Shown piece by piece: positions 1 through 10,490 of a DNA stretch of 64,000 nucleotides. Position 1 is the first letter of the stretch, and every line of letters begins with the position of its first letter. Below the pieces are notes generated by a model. That model saw only the letters and a program-made list of their open reading frames with translations. It did no database searches and was not told the DNA's origin. The translations under genes were made by a program, and so were the position numbers. Source of the DNA: a virus; IMG/VR virus record IMGVR_UViG_3300045988_052707, positions 15,837-79,836 of that record; one strand, given 5' to 3'.

Positions 1-353
1 AAGTTTTAGTTTTAAATGCTTCATATTTCTTAGGAGCAAGTTGTTCTCCAATATGAGCTAACATAAATTTAAACTTCTCAAAGTTGGACGGACTTTCACG
101 TTCAACTCCATTGTTAGAGCTTACTTGTCTTACATCATCTCCCTCTTTAGGACAGAATACTGTTTCTTCATAAACACCATTCTCATTCTCGAATGAAATT
201 CTCATGGTTTTGTACACTGCGTCAGGGTCTTTCTTACCCTTAAACTCATTAAATGTTATTCCCTTGAAGATAACATCGTGGATTTCCCATGGTTTCAGTC
301 TTGGTTTAATAGATGATGTACCGTTCGTGTTTGTTAAGTTGAAATTCATTGAC
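1..353 (-). CDS. hypothetical protein, partial (3' end truncated by window edge); ATG at 353
   Basis: Open minus-strand frame from ATG (revcomp of 351-353) to window start; translation MNFNLTNTNGTSSIKPRLKPWEIHDVIFKG... is protein-like. Confidence 0.4.
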
Positions 354-367
354 ATAGTTTATAAGTA

Positions 368-928
368 TTAAAGTTCAAAAGTTAATGGGTCAATCTCTTT
401 AGCTGACTCATCTCCAATCTCTGTGTCTAACGGCAAATCAATGTTGTCGCTTTCATCTTCTAATACCTCTATGTTATCTACTTCAGGCTCTTCCGGCCTT
501 TCAGCATTACCAACTAATACGAAGAGGTCGTCTTGACCTTTCATCGTAGTTACTGTAAATGTATCGCCATACTGACGTAGCATGTCATTAGCTTTACCTC
601 TACAGCTGACAGACAGACTCTTAGTAAGTTTGTTTCCACCTTTGGTTCCAAAGGCTTCATCAGTTCCTATAACGGGGAAAGTGATTCCGTCAATTTTCTG
701 ATATTTAATACTAAGTCTATCTTCCCAAGCAACTCCCATTAATTGGGCAGCTGCTTTATTAAGTATGTACTTGTTAGGGTCTAGGGTAATTTGCGGTTCA
801 GATGTCTCTGGAACCTCTTCCTTGACTGTTCTAGTCTTTACTTCTTCTTTGACAATTTCCTGCTTTAGAGATTTATACTCTCCAGTAGCTGGGTCAAAGT
901 CCAAAGTTAACAGCATTTTAACTATCAT
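368..928 (-). CDS. hypothetical protein with acidic C-terminus
   Basis: 186-aa ORF, tightly packed with neighbours on same strand. Confidence 0.5.
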   Translation of the reverse strand: MIVKMLLTLDFDPATGEYKSLKQEIVKEEVKTRTVKEEVPETSEPQITLDPNKYILNKAAAQLMGVAWEDRLSIKYQKIDGITFPVIGTDEAFGTKGGNKLTKSLSVSCRGKANDMLRQYGDTFTVTTMKGQDDLFVLVGNAERPEEPEVDNIEVLEDESDNIDLPLDTEIGDESAKEIDPLTFEL

Positions 929-1617
929 TCTCCGTATTCAAATTTATTGATTGTGTCAATCACCATCTTCATATTAGGTTCAACATATAAATCAGGGAAA
1001 CATCCTGCGGTACTTCTACAAGTATCTGGACCAAGTGACCTTGTTCTGAATTTATAGTCAACCTCTTCATCATTTACAATCTTCTCTGCATACAGCAAAT
1101 AATTAAACAGTCCATCTATATTAACAGACCTATCCAACATCTTTCCAGTAGTAAATAACTTATATTTAGGGTCATAGTCGTTACCGTCATTTACAATATG
1201 AGATATGAACACTACAATTAAATCCTCTCTAAGAGTCATAGCCTTCATTATTAAATCATAATAGTGCTTTGCAAAGTCAATATGCTTATCATATCCTTTC
1301 TCCGCACTTCTAGACATCACCTCTTGTGAAAGAAGATAATTACTATCGTCAATTACTAAGACCTTAATCTCTGGCATTTTAACATTAACTACATTCATGA
1401 TGTTCATCACTTTGGCAAATTCATTGCTGAAATACCAATTTCCAACATAGTTCTTGTCTTTGTCCTGAGTTAGCTTCTTGTAATTCTTCCTAAATCCTGG
1501 AATTGATAATTGTTTAGGAGTACAGCTAATGATAAATGTCTCCTTTGGGTTTAAATACTGTAGGGAACTAGACTTACCACTTCCCGAAAATCCTCCAAGT
1601 CCTATAATTTGGCTCAT
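925..1617 (-). CDS. P-loop NTPase (possibly RecA/Sak4-like recombination ATPase)
   Basis: Walker A GFSGSGKSS near N-terminus, Walker B-like VLVIDD; overlaps upstream gene by 4 nt (operon). Confidence 0.55.
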   Translation of the reverse strand: MSQIIGLGGFSGSGKSSSLQYLNPKETFIISCTPKQLSIPGFRKNYKKLTQDKDKNYVGNWYFSNEFAKVMNIMNVVNVKMPEIKVLVIDDSNYLLSQEVMSRSAEKGYDKHIDFAKHYYDLIMKAMTLREDLIVVFISHIVNDGNDYDPKYKLFTTGKMLDRSVNIDGLFNYLLYAEKIVNDEEVDYKFRTRSLGPDTCRSTAGCFPDLYVEPNMKMVIDTINKFEYGE

Positions 1618-1621
1618 TAAA

Positions 1622-2713
1622 TCATAATGTTATGGTTACGCGTAAATCATCTTTCTTAGTTCGTTCTATCTCGACTTCCCTGTCTGGGAAATCAATAATA
1701 GTCCAATCTGGATTCTTATACTTGTCATAATCATTGATTTCGGATGCAGACGGAAGCTCTTTAAAGATACCGCATCTACCATAAAATCCTACACCAATGG
1801 CTACGTCAGACGCACCAAATCTATTCTTAAGAACCAATAATGACCTGAAACCATCCTTTAGCTCTTTAATGCAATATCCTCTATATGTAGACAATTTGCT
1901 TCTAAATGGATTAAATAATACCAATACTACATTGGCATCCTCACTCGGAGAACCACTCTCTTTTAAATCTGACAAATCAGGTTCTTGCAAGCCTTGTTTT
2001 AGTCGTTCTGCATTATTAGCATTTCTATTGAACTGCATAATATTGATTGGAGATATCTTACATTTATTTCTAAATGAGACACCATATGCCGATATGGTAT
2101 CAATCTCCTCCTTCTTGCTCCGACCTAACTGCGGTCTTACTAGACCTAAGTGGTCAGTAATTACTGCGATAATTTGTTTCGGATTATTAAGTTCATAAGT
2201 ATCTTCATCAACAAAGGTTCCAAATTTCTTTAAATCCTCTATGATTAGAGACTTATACTTCTCTGAATTAAGAGTGCCGTCATGTATTATTAGTCTATCC
2301 TCTATAGATTCTAGCCATGGAATACATTCCTGTACTAACTCATAATCCTCATCAGAGAGTGTGGAGTCCTTGCCTCTAGACAATAATTCTTTAAAAGATA
2401 TTTGTTTACCATAAGTCTCATATATATGAAGAGAGAGCAATTTAGCAAGTAACTGCTCAGCACTCATCTCCAAAGAGAATATAATAAACTGAACATCCTT
2501 ATCAGAATCAGAGTCCAGTAGAGCCTTATATATAAAGGAGTGAAGCACGAAACTAGTCTTACCGTTACCAGTTCCTGCGGCAATCAGGTAATAGGTCTCT
2601 TGAGTTAATCCGTCAATTATATGCTCCAGCTTAGGCATTCCCAGTGATAATCCTTGATTGTCACCTTCTCTACCTCTTTTGATAAGTTCGATTAGTCTGC
2701 TAGTATATGTCAT
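1622..2713 (-). CDS. DnaB-like replicative helicase (RecA-fold C-terminal domain)
   Basis: Walker A AAGTGNGKTSF, SLEMS motif, overall DnaB C-terminal domain architecture. Confidence 0.6.
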   Translation of the reverse strand: MTYTSRLIELIKRGREGDNQGLSLGMPKLEHIIDGLTQETYYLIAAGTGNGKTSFVLHSFIYKALLDSDSDKDVQFIIFSLEMSAEQLLAKLLSLHIYETYGKQISFKELLSRGKDSTLSDEDYELVQECIPWLESIEDRLIIHDGTLNSEKYKSLIIEDLKKFGTFVDEDTYELNNPKQIIAVITDHLGLVRPQLGRSKKEEIDTISAYGVSFRNKCKISPINIMQFNRNANNAERLKQGLQEPDLSDLKESGSPSEDANVVLVLFNPFRSKLSTYRGYCIKELKDGFRSLLVLKNRFGASDVAIGVGFYGRCGIFKELPSASEINDYDKYKNPDWTIIDFPDREVEIERTKKDDLRVTITL

Positions 2714-3333
2714 AGTTCCGTCATAGTATCAAATACTAATTCTTCATATGTTCCATCTTTAAACTTCTCGATGCTTTCCCAAGCCTTAGACATTATAAAG
2801 TCAGCAATGTTGACATTTATCAGATTACATTTATTCTGCTTAGCCCAATTGACTAACTCTATCACTCTTTTATGATTCTCAAGTTTCCACCCTATATTCT
2901 TGCCATATCTAAAGAACATATCTTCCAAAGTGTTAAACTTCTTAGACCAGTTCTTTAAACTATACTCCCTACCATTAATAATGACAATATCTGGGTATGC
3001 TTCCCAGAACTCTCCTCCCAGGTCTCCGGAATACTTTCTATAATTCTTAATGAAGTTTTCATTAAAGATTACAGATTCAGGGTCAAACGTCTGACCCTCT
3101 GCGGGAATTTTATACTTCTTAGTAATGACTCCCTTCGCCTGTAGACTTAATAATACGTCTCTAAGGCGGGTTTTAGTTATTGGCATTCCCAGATATCGGA
3201 TGAGGGAGTCTTTATGTCCTTCTTCTGGTTGTGCCAAGAATAGCAACTCAATCATTAATAACTCCTCAGCAGTAAGCCTATACTGCTCCATTATTAACAA
3301 CTGATTCTCTATTGTTAAACTTAATTTCTCCAA
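2710..3333 (-). CDS. hypothetical replication-associated protein (possible helicase loader/initiator)
   Basis: 207-aa ORF translationally coupled to DnaB-like gene; no diagnostic motif. Confidence 0.3.
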   Translation of the reverse strand: MEKLSLTIENQLLIMEQYRLTAEELLMIELLFLAQPEEGHKDSLIRYLGMPITKTRLRDVLLSLQAKGVITKKYKIPAEGQTFDPESVIFNENFIKNYRKYSGDLGGEFWEAYPDIVIINGREYSLKNWSKKFNTLEDMFFRYGKNIGWKLENHKRVIELVNWAKQNKCNLINVNIADFIMSKAWESIEKFKDGTYEELVFDTMTEL

Positions 3334-3386
3334 GCGTACTGATTAATAAGTAAATAACTTACTAATCTATCAGCTGTGATACTTTG

Positions 3387-3611
3387 TTATTCTGATTTCT
3401 CAGTGTCCTCAATCACATAAGCTTCGCCTGCTACTTCGTAAGGAGCTATAAACTCTTTAAAGAGTTCTGTCTGCCTTGCTACCATAGCTTTGACGTCATA
3501 GATTCCACCTTCAAATTCAATTTCACCGTTTTCGTTGACACCACTAGCATGAATGATACTATCAAACGTGTTAGTAAGCATTACAAGTTCAAGCAATCTT
3601 TCAGTTGTCAT
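3387..3611 (-). CDS. hypothetical small protein
   Basis: 74-aa ORF in operon context. Confidence 0.4.
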   Translation of the reverse strand: MTTERLLELVMLTNTFDSIIHASGVNENGEIEFEGGIYDVKAMVARQTELFKEFIAPYEVAGEAYVIEDTEKSE

Positions 3612-3871
3612 GTAATTTTGACCGTTAAGGATTACAAAGATACGATAATCTTGTTACATTTCAAAACAAATCTACTTAAATTTCAGGCTCGTAATAAGAC
3701 TCTGCACATCTAGAGGGCTACGCTCTAAATGCACAGACATCATGCAAATACGATGCTCTGAATGCTTCTCTAACAGCTCTAATAGCTTAACAGCATCAAC
3801 ATCAGTAGATACTGTTGAAGTTCTATCAGGCTGCCCTTCAGCACCTATGTTGCAATATAACACTCTAAACA

Positions 3872-5146
3872 TTAGAACCTAAATATCATTTTAGTTTCTT
3901 TGTTCTTCTTAGGAGTAAATTCTCGCCCTTCTAGTAGATTTAATAAATCAGAATCGGCTATAGTGATATAATCCTTACTACCAGTACTCTTGCGAAACCA
4001 TTCTTCTTCAACGGTTCCCTTGATTACTAAAGTAAAGACTTCCGCTACTTTATTCTCTGCCTTTCTAATAACTCTACCTATTCTCTGCGTCTTAGACGTA
4101 GGACTGGAATCATATCCAAGAATAACGGCTACTGACAGTCCTGGTATGTCAGCTCCTTCATCTAACATCTTAGAAGTATTAAGTACTCCCACAGATGCTG
4201 ATTTAAACTCCTCTAAAGTCATCCTTCCCTTCTTCTTAGTTTCCTTACTAGATAGTACCTTACCATACTTGATTTGTTCGGCAATCTTGATTGTCTTACT
4301 AAAAGTAATACATTTCTTGTCTTGCCTATGCTCAAGTATCATATTTGTAAGTTCTATCTTTTTAGGATGTTCATAAATGAACTTCTTCCTTGCCTGTAAA
4401 GTCCTATTGAAACCCATAGCATGAATTAGAATGGTCTTATTAAGAGCTTTCCATTCATCTGGTTTCTTGTCAAAGTCGGGAAGCATAGTTTTAGCTAGCT
4501 CAATTCTCTTCTGCCATTTAGTAGCACAAGCCATAGCAAGTGTAAAATCATGACCGAAGAAAGCAAAATGCTCATAAAACTCTCTATTTAACTCATAGTA
4601 TTTGTCTAGATTGTCTACTTCTACCATGACTTTGTATTCTCTGTAAGGAGATAGCCAGCCTCTAGCAGTAGCTTCACTAACATCTACTCTATCAACTACT
4701 GGACAATACTTCTTGATATAACTATCCTTACCGTCTAGTCGTTCCATAGTTGCAGTTAAACCTAGAATTATTTTATACTTGACTACTTCAAATACCTTTC
4801 CAAACAGGTCGGAAGCATATTTATGACATTCATCAAGTACTAGCAAATCACATGTCCACTCATGTTTCACAACAGAGTTTATTATTAGTACCTCGTACAC
4901 CATTGGGACTTGCTGCTCTGTTAAATCACTAAGCCATTGTCTCTGTAGTGCATCAGTAGGTACTACTATTATAATTCTTCTACCAGGATTCTTAGCCAAG
5001 AATCTTTTCATACACATAATGGCAGTTCTAGTCTTACCGAAACCGGTACAATAGACTAAAGAACCACGCAACTTATTATCTACCCAACGTTGAACACCAA
5101 TTGCTTGGCGTTCATCTCTGCTTACGTTTCCGAATAAGTCTGCCAC
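3872..5146 (-). CDS. SF2 DEAD/DEAH-box DNA/RNA helicase
   Basis: Motif I GFGKT, motif II DECH, helicase C-terminal domain region (TLVIKGT...RIGRVIR). Confidence 0.7.
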   Translation of the reverse strand: MADLFGNVSRDERQAIGVQRWVDNKLRGSLVYCTGFGKTRTAIMCMKRFLAKNPGRRIIIVVPTDALQRQWLSDLTEQQVPMVYEVLIINSVVKHEWTCDLLVLDECHKYASDLFGKVFEVVKYKIILGLTATMERLDGKDSYIKKYCPVVDRVDVSEATARGWLSPYREYKVMVEVDNLDKYYELNREFYEHFAFFGHDFTLAMACATKWQKRIELAKTMLPDFDKKPDEWKALNKTILIHAMGFNRTLQARKKFIYEHPKKIELTNMILEHRQDKKCITFSKTIKIAEQIKYGKVLSSKETKKKGRMTLEEFKSASVGVLNTSKMLDEGADIPGLSVAVILGYDSSPTSKTQRIGRVIRKAENKVAEVFTLVIKGTVEEEWFRKSTGSKDYITIADSDLLNLLEGREFTPKKNKETKMIFRF

Positions 5147-5299
5147 TTGTTATAGGCTAAGCCCTTAATTAATAACTCATTTGAATCTATTACCTTGAAC
5201 CCTGTTATTTAATATTAGTAAATTCTCACAAGTTACGTTAAGTAGCTTATACCTACTACATAGTAATCTGGATTAACTGTGGTCAGCATCCAGAGTACA

Positions 5300-6142
5300 T
5301 TATAAAGTATAGCCTTTAGCATCACATACTAATTTAATTTGGTTCTTGCGAGTTTCCCACTGAGATATATGGAACTTCACTTCATCTTCCAAAGAATACA
5401 AGATTCTATTTCTAAGAACCTTTAATTGGTCAGTAGTTAGTTCTGTATACTTCTTACTCTTCAAATTAACCATAGAACGAAGCTGTGAATAGCTAAGTCC
5501 TTTAGGAGTAACATAAAGAGGCATTGTGGGCTTCAGACCTAGTCTTTCCTTCGCCACTTCAATCTTATCTCTTATCTGACCTGTCTTAGGGTCTTTCTCC
5601 ACTAAGTCCTTGCTCTCTTGAGCAGTGAACCATAGACCTTGCTTGAGAATAAATGTAAGAGTAATGTGTTGTTTGTTAAACTTTCCCAGTCTGTCCAAAC
5701 AACCTTCGCGTACTGTCTCTGTTGGAATATCTCCAAACTCTTTAGGACAGCCGCACATAGTTCCTTCAATTGGATACTCTTTCGGGTCTATACCGTCCTT
5801 ATTAATATCCAAGAAAGAGACTAACGCCTCTAGGAACTTAAACCTTGGCATATGCTGCTCCTGTTCTAACCAGCGCAAGAACAATTCTGCGTTACAACGC
5901 TGACGCTGGTCTTTAATAATGTCCAATAGAACATAACGACCAGGATAGTCCTTGTTAGTATTATAGAGCATAGAATCACAATGTGCATAGAAATTACGAA
6001 GTTCTTCTTCAGTACAATCAACCAAGCGTTTCTCCTCTTGTACTAAAGCTCCATTTACTTCTTGCTTACGACCCTTCCAAATGAAAGAGTTGATGTCATT
6101 ATTCTTTCTATCGATAGCTGATGCCAATTTCTCTCTGAACAT
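5300..6142 (-). CDS. hypothetical protein
   Basis: 280-aa ORF. Confidence 0.5.
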   Translation of the reverse strand: MFREKLASAIDRKNNDINSFIWKGRKQEVNGALVQEEKRLVDCTEEELRNFYAHCDSMLYNTNKDYPGRYVLLDIIKDQRQRCNAELFLRWLEQEQHMPRFKFLEALVSFLDINKDGIDPKEYPIEGTMCGCPKEFGDIPTETVREGCLDRLGKFNKQHITLTFILKQGLWFTAQESKDLVEKDPKTGQIRDKIEVAKERLGLKPTMPLYVTPKGLSYSQLRSMVNLKSKKYTELTTDQLKVLRNRILYSLEDEVKFHISQWETRKNQIKLVCDAKGYTL

Positions 6143-6198
6143 AGATATATCATATTAATTTTAGATAATGGTCTAATCTCGTTAATTTAGATAATCTT

Positions 6199-6504
6199 TT
6201 ACAGTATAATCTCACCTTCTGGTGGTTTCTCATAAACAAAGTCTTCGAAATATATATCGGTATATTTATACTTCTCAAAGGAGTCAGTGATGGGATTATA
6301 CCATGTGTCTTCCCCTGCATATACTTCCTTACATTTCAAATACCCGATGTCACCAACTCTTAAGAATGGACCTTCCCAGTTAGGACATCGGGTACACATT
6401 TTATATGTGCCGTTTGACAAATCTTTGAATGCATAGACTATATAACCACCAGCATCTTCCTTACTAGCTAGTAATTCAACGCGTATGGTATATTGAATCA
6501 TCAT
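6199..6504 (-). CDS. hypothetical protein
   Basis: 101-aa ORF overlapping next gene by 4 nt. Confidence 0.45.
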   Translation of the reverse strand: MMIQYTIRVELLASKEDAGGYIVYAFKDLSNGTYKMCTRCPNWEGPFLRVGDIGYLKCKEVYAGEDTWYNPITDSFEKYKYTDIYFEDFVYEKPPEGEIIL

Positions 6505-6707
6505 TCCGAGCCCACCAGCTCATTTTGTCGTTTATTAACCCCACCGTCTTTATAATGCACACAACCATACTTGGCGAAATCACAAACACTGCGCTCAATA
6601 CCTCTGAAACAGGGATATCTAGAACAGTCTTTGCAAGTTCTCTCGGGGTATTTGTACTTTACTCCATCTCTGTCCTTATCAAAACTGTCAGATAGTTTGT
6701 TCGCCAT
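6501..6707 (-). CDS. Cys-rich small protein (possible zinc-binding)
   Basis: CKDCSRYPC...CDFAKYGC cysteine pattern. Confidence 0.4.
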   Translation of the reverse strand: MANKLSDSFDKDRDGVKYKYPERTCKDCSRYPCFRGIERSVCDFAKYGCVHYKDGGVNKRQNELVGSE

Positions 6708-6736
6708 GTTCCGAATAGTAGTTTGCCAAGAATTTG

Positions 6737-7150
6737 CTATTTAATCAGTAAGGCTAATAATAAGCCTACACTGATAGCAAATCCTCCTATTGACAATGTA
6801 GTTAATCTCTTGTTCTTTTTGTTCATCTTAGCTATCTGCTCCCGTTGCTTACTAATAGCTTCATCATACATCTGCATTTGCAATTCTGCTCGTGCTAGTT
6901 GTTGAAGTCTTATACTATCAGTTTTAGCATAGTTAGCAGTTAGTAATTCATAAGATGTAAGCTGTTTATTGAGTTCAAACCTCTCTAGCTTAAGCTTCTT
7001 ATGCTCCAGAAATATAAGGTTACTAGCCTTTAATTGCTGTGGAGTAATCACAACTAAAGAGTCATCTACCAGCTTGGGATACATATTCTGCGAAGAAAGA
7101 TGCATCAGCGGCAATAGACTGATTAGTAATATCAATAAGCTCCTTTTCAT
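6737..7150 (-). CDS. secreted/membrane-anchored protein (signal peptide + C-terminal TM)
   Basis: N-terminal hydrophobic leader MKRSLLILLISLLPL, C-terminal TM GGFAISVGLLLALLI. Confidence 0.4.
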   Translation of the reverse strand: MKRSLLILLISLLPLMHLSSQNMYPKLVDDSLVVITPQQLKASNLIFLEHKKLKLERFELNKQLTSYELLTANYAKTDSIRLQQLARAELQMQMYDEAISKQREQIAKMNKKNKRLTTLSIGGFAISVGLLLALLIK

Positions 7151-7379
7151 ACCAATTATTAATAGTGTCTATCTTACCTTTAGAATTGGTAATGACACTA
7201 ATTAGACTGTCGTTAGTAATTTCTAACTTCCTTACTTCCTTATTGAGCGAGTCTATAGCTTGCTCATATTTAGTGTTGTCAGGAATAACTACTGTGTTTC
7301 TATCCTTGCAAGCCCATGCTATACCAAGGCATATAGCAGCAGCAATCATACCTCCAACGAAAGCATCCTTAAATTTCAT
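7062..7379 (-). CDS. putative lipoprotein
   Basis: N-terminus MKFKDAFVGGMIAAAICLGIAWAC resembles lipobox signal; overlaps 6737..7150 in another frame so one of the two may be shorter than shown. Confidence 0.3.
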   Translation of the reverse strand: MKFKDAFVGGMIAAAICLGIAWACKDRNTVVIPDNTKYEQAIDSLNKEVRKLEITNDSLISVITNSKGKIDTINNWYEKELIDITNQSIAADASFFAEYVSQAGR

Positions 7380-7903
7380 TTCTGAGACTGATAGTAGTTA
7401 TAGATATCATAGATAACATCCACTCTATCATTCTTAGAAGTTAATAAGGTATCCAAGCATGTACGTTCTTCATCAGATAGTGATGCTTCTAGTTCAACCA
7501 TTTTACGTCCTTCTTCATAGATAGCCTTAGCTGTATCATATCCTTTCAGATACTTGCCAGGGCATTGTTTGAAGAATGCTACTTCCTGGTCAAGAAGAGC
7601 ATTAACTACACCACGGTTAATCAATCCGGGGTCAGTGCTGTATAGAGCATGATTATGCAGTTTACGAGCCTTACCAAGAGCTATTTGAACTCCCATGTTC
7701 TCATCAAACTCATCTTCTGGTTGACATACAGACACGCCAATAGACAGACATTTATCACTTAAGAGTGCATCTTCATCCCAGTTCTCTGTATCTGGGTCAA
7801 TTTCAGCACATACTTCCTGTGACAATGCAACCATTACGAACTTACGTTCCATGCCAGTAAAATCAACAAAACTGCCAACTCTATACTCAACTCTTTCTTT
7901 CAT
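7376..7903 (-). CDS. hypothetical protein
   Basis: 175-aa ORF. Confidence 0.5.
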   Translation of the reverse strand: MKERVEYRVGSFVDFTGMERKFVMVALSQEVCAEIDPDTENWDEDALLSDKCLSIGVSVCQPEDEFDENMGVQIALGKARKLHNHALYSTDPGLINRGVVNALLDQEVAFFKQCPGKYLKGYDTAKAIYEEGRKMVELEASLSDEERTCLDTLLTSKNDRVDVIYDIYNYYQSQK

Positions 7904-7967
7904 AAACTTGTAGATTAAATGTTTCTAAATGTAATCTCTTTAGATAAGTTAATCTGATTATAGGCAA

Positions 7968-8609
7968 TTACTTGCGACCTAGACCATTATAGAAATCAAG
8001 TATTGCATTCTCTTTACGAAGCCAAGTAGCCTGTTCTTTAGCCATATCAAGAATAGTACGACTAATAGATTCTTCTTCTACTTGCTCTTTAACTAACATA
8101 CCTTCATCCTTATCCTCTCCATTCAACCATTGGAATGTAGCCCAATCACTCTCTTTTTGAGCTTGGTCTACAATCTTATTAATACCACGAGTAGTCTCAA
8201 TCTCCCTATCTACTGTGGCAGCAAAGGGCATGACTCTATCAGTGATTTCAACATTAATGGCTGGAACAGGCGGATATTGGAACAGAGCATCGTTAGTGGT
8301 TAGATATTCAAATATCCAAGAATGATGCAAATATTCTTCCTTAGCACGACCTCTCCAGTAAATACCTAGCTTTGGTAAACCCTCTACTTCAAAGTAATTG
8401 GCAAAGGTCATATACAGAGCATGGTTGGCAAGTTCGGCTGACATCTGTTTTACCAACATCTCAACCATTACAGTTGATAGTGGGCAAACACGTCTAGACT
8501 TATCAATCACCTGCTCTGTATACTTCATAGTAGGTTCAGCGCCTACGGTTTGAACTCCTTCGCTTGTCTTCTCCTGTATTGGATTTCCGTCTTTGTCTAG
8601 CATTCTCAC
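7968..8609 (-). CDS. ferritin-like iron-storage protein
   Basis: Helix-by-helix similarity to bacterial ferritin FtnA (LxxQMxxELxxxxxY, WRGRAKEEYLHHSWIFEYL ~ RRHAQEEMTHMQRLFDYL, FQWLNGE ~ LQWYVSEQ); true start probably an internal Met. Confidence 0.55.
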   Translation of the reverse strand: MRMLDKDGNPIQEKTSEGVQTVGAEPTMKYTEQVIDKSRRVCPLSTVMVEMLVKQMSAELANHALYMTFANYFEVEGLPKLGIYWRGRAKEEYLHHSWIFEYLTTNDALFQYPPVPAINVEITDRVMPFAATVDREIETTRGINKIVDQAQKESDWATFQWLNGEDKDEGMLVKEQVEEESISRTILDMAKEQATWLRKENAILDFYNGLGRK

Positions 8610-8833
8610 GTTCTAACACTTTAAAATTGTTGTTCATTAAATAATCTAGGGGAGCTGCTAGCCAAGTAATATACTTAGCACATGTAATCTCATCGTCGAC
8701 TTTAATAAACTGCGATTCCCTTACCTTAATAGGCTTATCAGTAGTATAGAACTTAGAACCTACACATTCTACCCTATCCTTCCTAATGAGGTATAGTTGT
8801 ACTTCATATAGAAAGGAAGGATATACTGTTAGT

Positions 8834-9292
8834 TTAACGTCCCCAGAATGGTAGACAGTCGGGGGCGTAGGTTTTGCCATTCCAAGAATATTTAGTAACC
8901 TGGGACTTCTCTGTCTTATATTTACTTAATAAGAAAGGGATGTCAGATTGAATACATTTATGGCTAAATGTGTTCTTTGGTATAGGTTTGTTGGTCTTTG
9001 GATTCATTTTACCAGTAGTAAAGTTACCACCCTTTACATACACGACCAGAGTTCCAGGAATAGGAATAGATTTGGCAGGAGCCGGCCATTGATAGCTTGG
9101 GGCAGGGAATCGTCTATAGCGTTTCCACAACTTACGTTCTTTAGGAGTTTTACTCCACACACTTGGGTCACGTGGTGTTACAGACGGCTGTCTTAAATGC
9201 TCTGCCACCATGAAAGCATCATCGGTCAAATCCTTGATTCTTAGTCTTTTGAATCTCTCCTCTGGAGTCTCTTTGATAGTTTCCTTCTTCAT
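8834..9292 (-). CDS. hypothetical basic protein
   Basis: 152-aa ORF, K/R-rich. Confidence 0.4.
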   Translation of the reverse strand: MKKETIKETPEERFKRLRIKDLTDDAFMVAEHLRQPSVTPRDPSVWSKTPKERKLWKRYRRFPAPSYQWPAPAKSIPIPGTLVVYVKGGNFTTGKMNPKTNKPIPKNTFSHKCIQSDIPFLLSKYKTEKSQVTKYSWNGKTYAPDCLPFWGR

Positions 9293-9326
9293 TACTGATA
9301 AGTTTAATGAGTTAAATATTAGTTAT

Positions 9327-9500
9327 TTACCACGTTTAGTATAAACTGCCCCACAGACATTACATTTATAAAGCCTGTTGTCATAATCGAACAGCGTGTG
9401 AGTAGTATCTCTACCACACCTTGCACAATTCATTAACTTAACAGATTCATACACCTTCTTCGGCTTATGAGGTGCCGTACCTTTCTTACGTGAAGCCATA
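9327..9500 (-). CDS. small zinc-ribbon protein (not in ORF track, <60 aa)
   Basis: MASRKKGTAPHKPKKVYESVKLMNCARCG...CNVCGAVYTKRGK: two CxxC pairs. Confidence 0.4.
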
Positions 9501-9502
9501 GC

Positions 9503-9775
9503 TTAAATTCCTTTAGTTAACTCTTCTAATCTAGTTACTTCTTGTTTGTAATCTTGAATATATTCTTTCAGAGACATGGCATCTGGGTGCTTACACTCTA
9601 TTCTATAATCCGCTATTCTTTGAAGACATGCAGATATGGGAAGTCCATAACCAATTACTTTAAACTCCTGACGTTCTCCGTCCTTAGATTTAATAGTCTT
9701 TAGTATAGATAGGTCCCAGAAGTGTAAATTGTCACCTACAGATTCCATTCTAAAGTCAGCTTCTTCAATAATCAT
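9503..9775 (-). CDS. hypothetical protein
   Basis: 90-aa ORF. Confidence 0.45.
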   Translation of the reverse strand: MIIEEADFRMESVGDNLHFWDLSILKTIKSKDGERQEFKVIGYGLPISACLQRIADYRIECKHPDAMSLKEYIQDYKQEVTRLEELTKGI

Positions 9776-9804
9776 ACTTGATTATCCGTAAAGTTAGTAT
9801 TAGT

Positions 9805-10017
9805 TTAATCTGATTGTTCTTCTAGCACCTTACCTATTAACCACAGATACAAAAATGGCGATATGACTGGACATGTCATCCACCAACCTACATCTTCTTC
9901 TACAACTTCCCAGAAGTATTCTTCATCTAGGTCATAATATGCAAGCATGTAGTTTAGTACAATGTTTAATAAGTAAGATACACCATATAGTGCAAGTACT
10001 ATTAATATTACAATCAC
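9805..10017 (-). CDS. small hydrophobic/membrane protein
   Basis: 70-aa ORF with TM-like N-terminus. Confidence 0.35.
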   Translation of the reverse strand: MIVILIVLALYGVSYLLNIVLNYMLAYYDLDEEYFWEVVEEDVGWWMTCPVISPFLYLWLIGKVLEEQSD

Positions 10018-10490
10018 AATTTCTCTTTCTCTACTCTAAATTGACAACATAGTTTCTGCAACTCGAGTATGACGGGTTCTAAGGTACTAACGCCCTTAAC
10101 CAACACTGCTCGTTGGTCTACCGTCCTTCTGGCTAAATGGGATTGGACGCTGGAAACAGCATCTTCATATCTCTTCTTAATAAGGTCTCTGTTCTCGAAA
10201 TACTTGGGAATCTTACCATGTAGATATATTAAAGCATCTAGTGCCTTAATAAGTTCCTTATGACTCATAGAAGTAGATATTCTGTCATAAATAAATACAT
10301 ATCTATCAACTCCGTCTGGAATGATATTTATATATTTATCAGTTTCAGTTCCTTCTCTTCCTACATGGTCTGCTAACCTCACAGTAGCAGAGAATCCATT
10401 TAATGTATAGTACTCCGAATCTCCCTTATAATTAGTAGAAGTAAACCCCTTCCTCTTTAGCCACGCTTTTAGTTTGCTCAACCCTCTCAT
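10014..10490 (-). CDS. hypothetical protein
   Basis: 158-aa ORF. Confidence 0.5.
   Translation of the reverse strand: MRGLSKLKAWLKRKGFTSTNYKGDSEYYTLNGFSATVRLADHVGREGTETDKYINIIPDGVDRYVFIYDRISTSMSHKELIKALDALIYLHGKIPKYFENRDLIKKRYEDAVSSVQSHLARRTVDQRAVLVKGVSTLEPVILELQKLCCQFRVEKEKL

Noticed and set aside
8536-8880. 114-aa ORF overlapping the ferritin-like gene by 74 nt
   Set aside because: Its C-terminal 30 aa (…ENARQRRKSNTGEDKRRSSNRRR) are an out-of-frame read of the ferritin gene start. Either the true gene is shorter or one of the two starts is mis-assigned. It is not reported as a separate confident feature.
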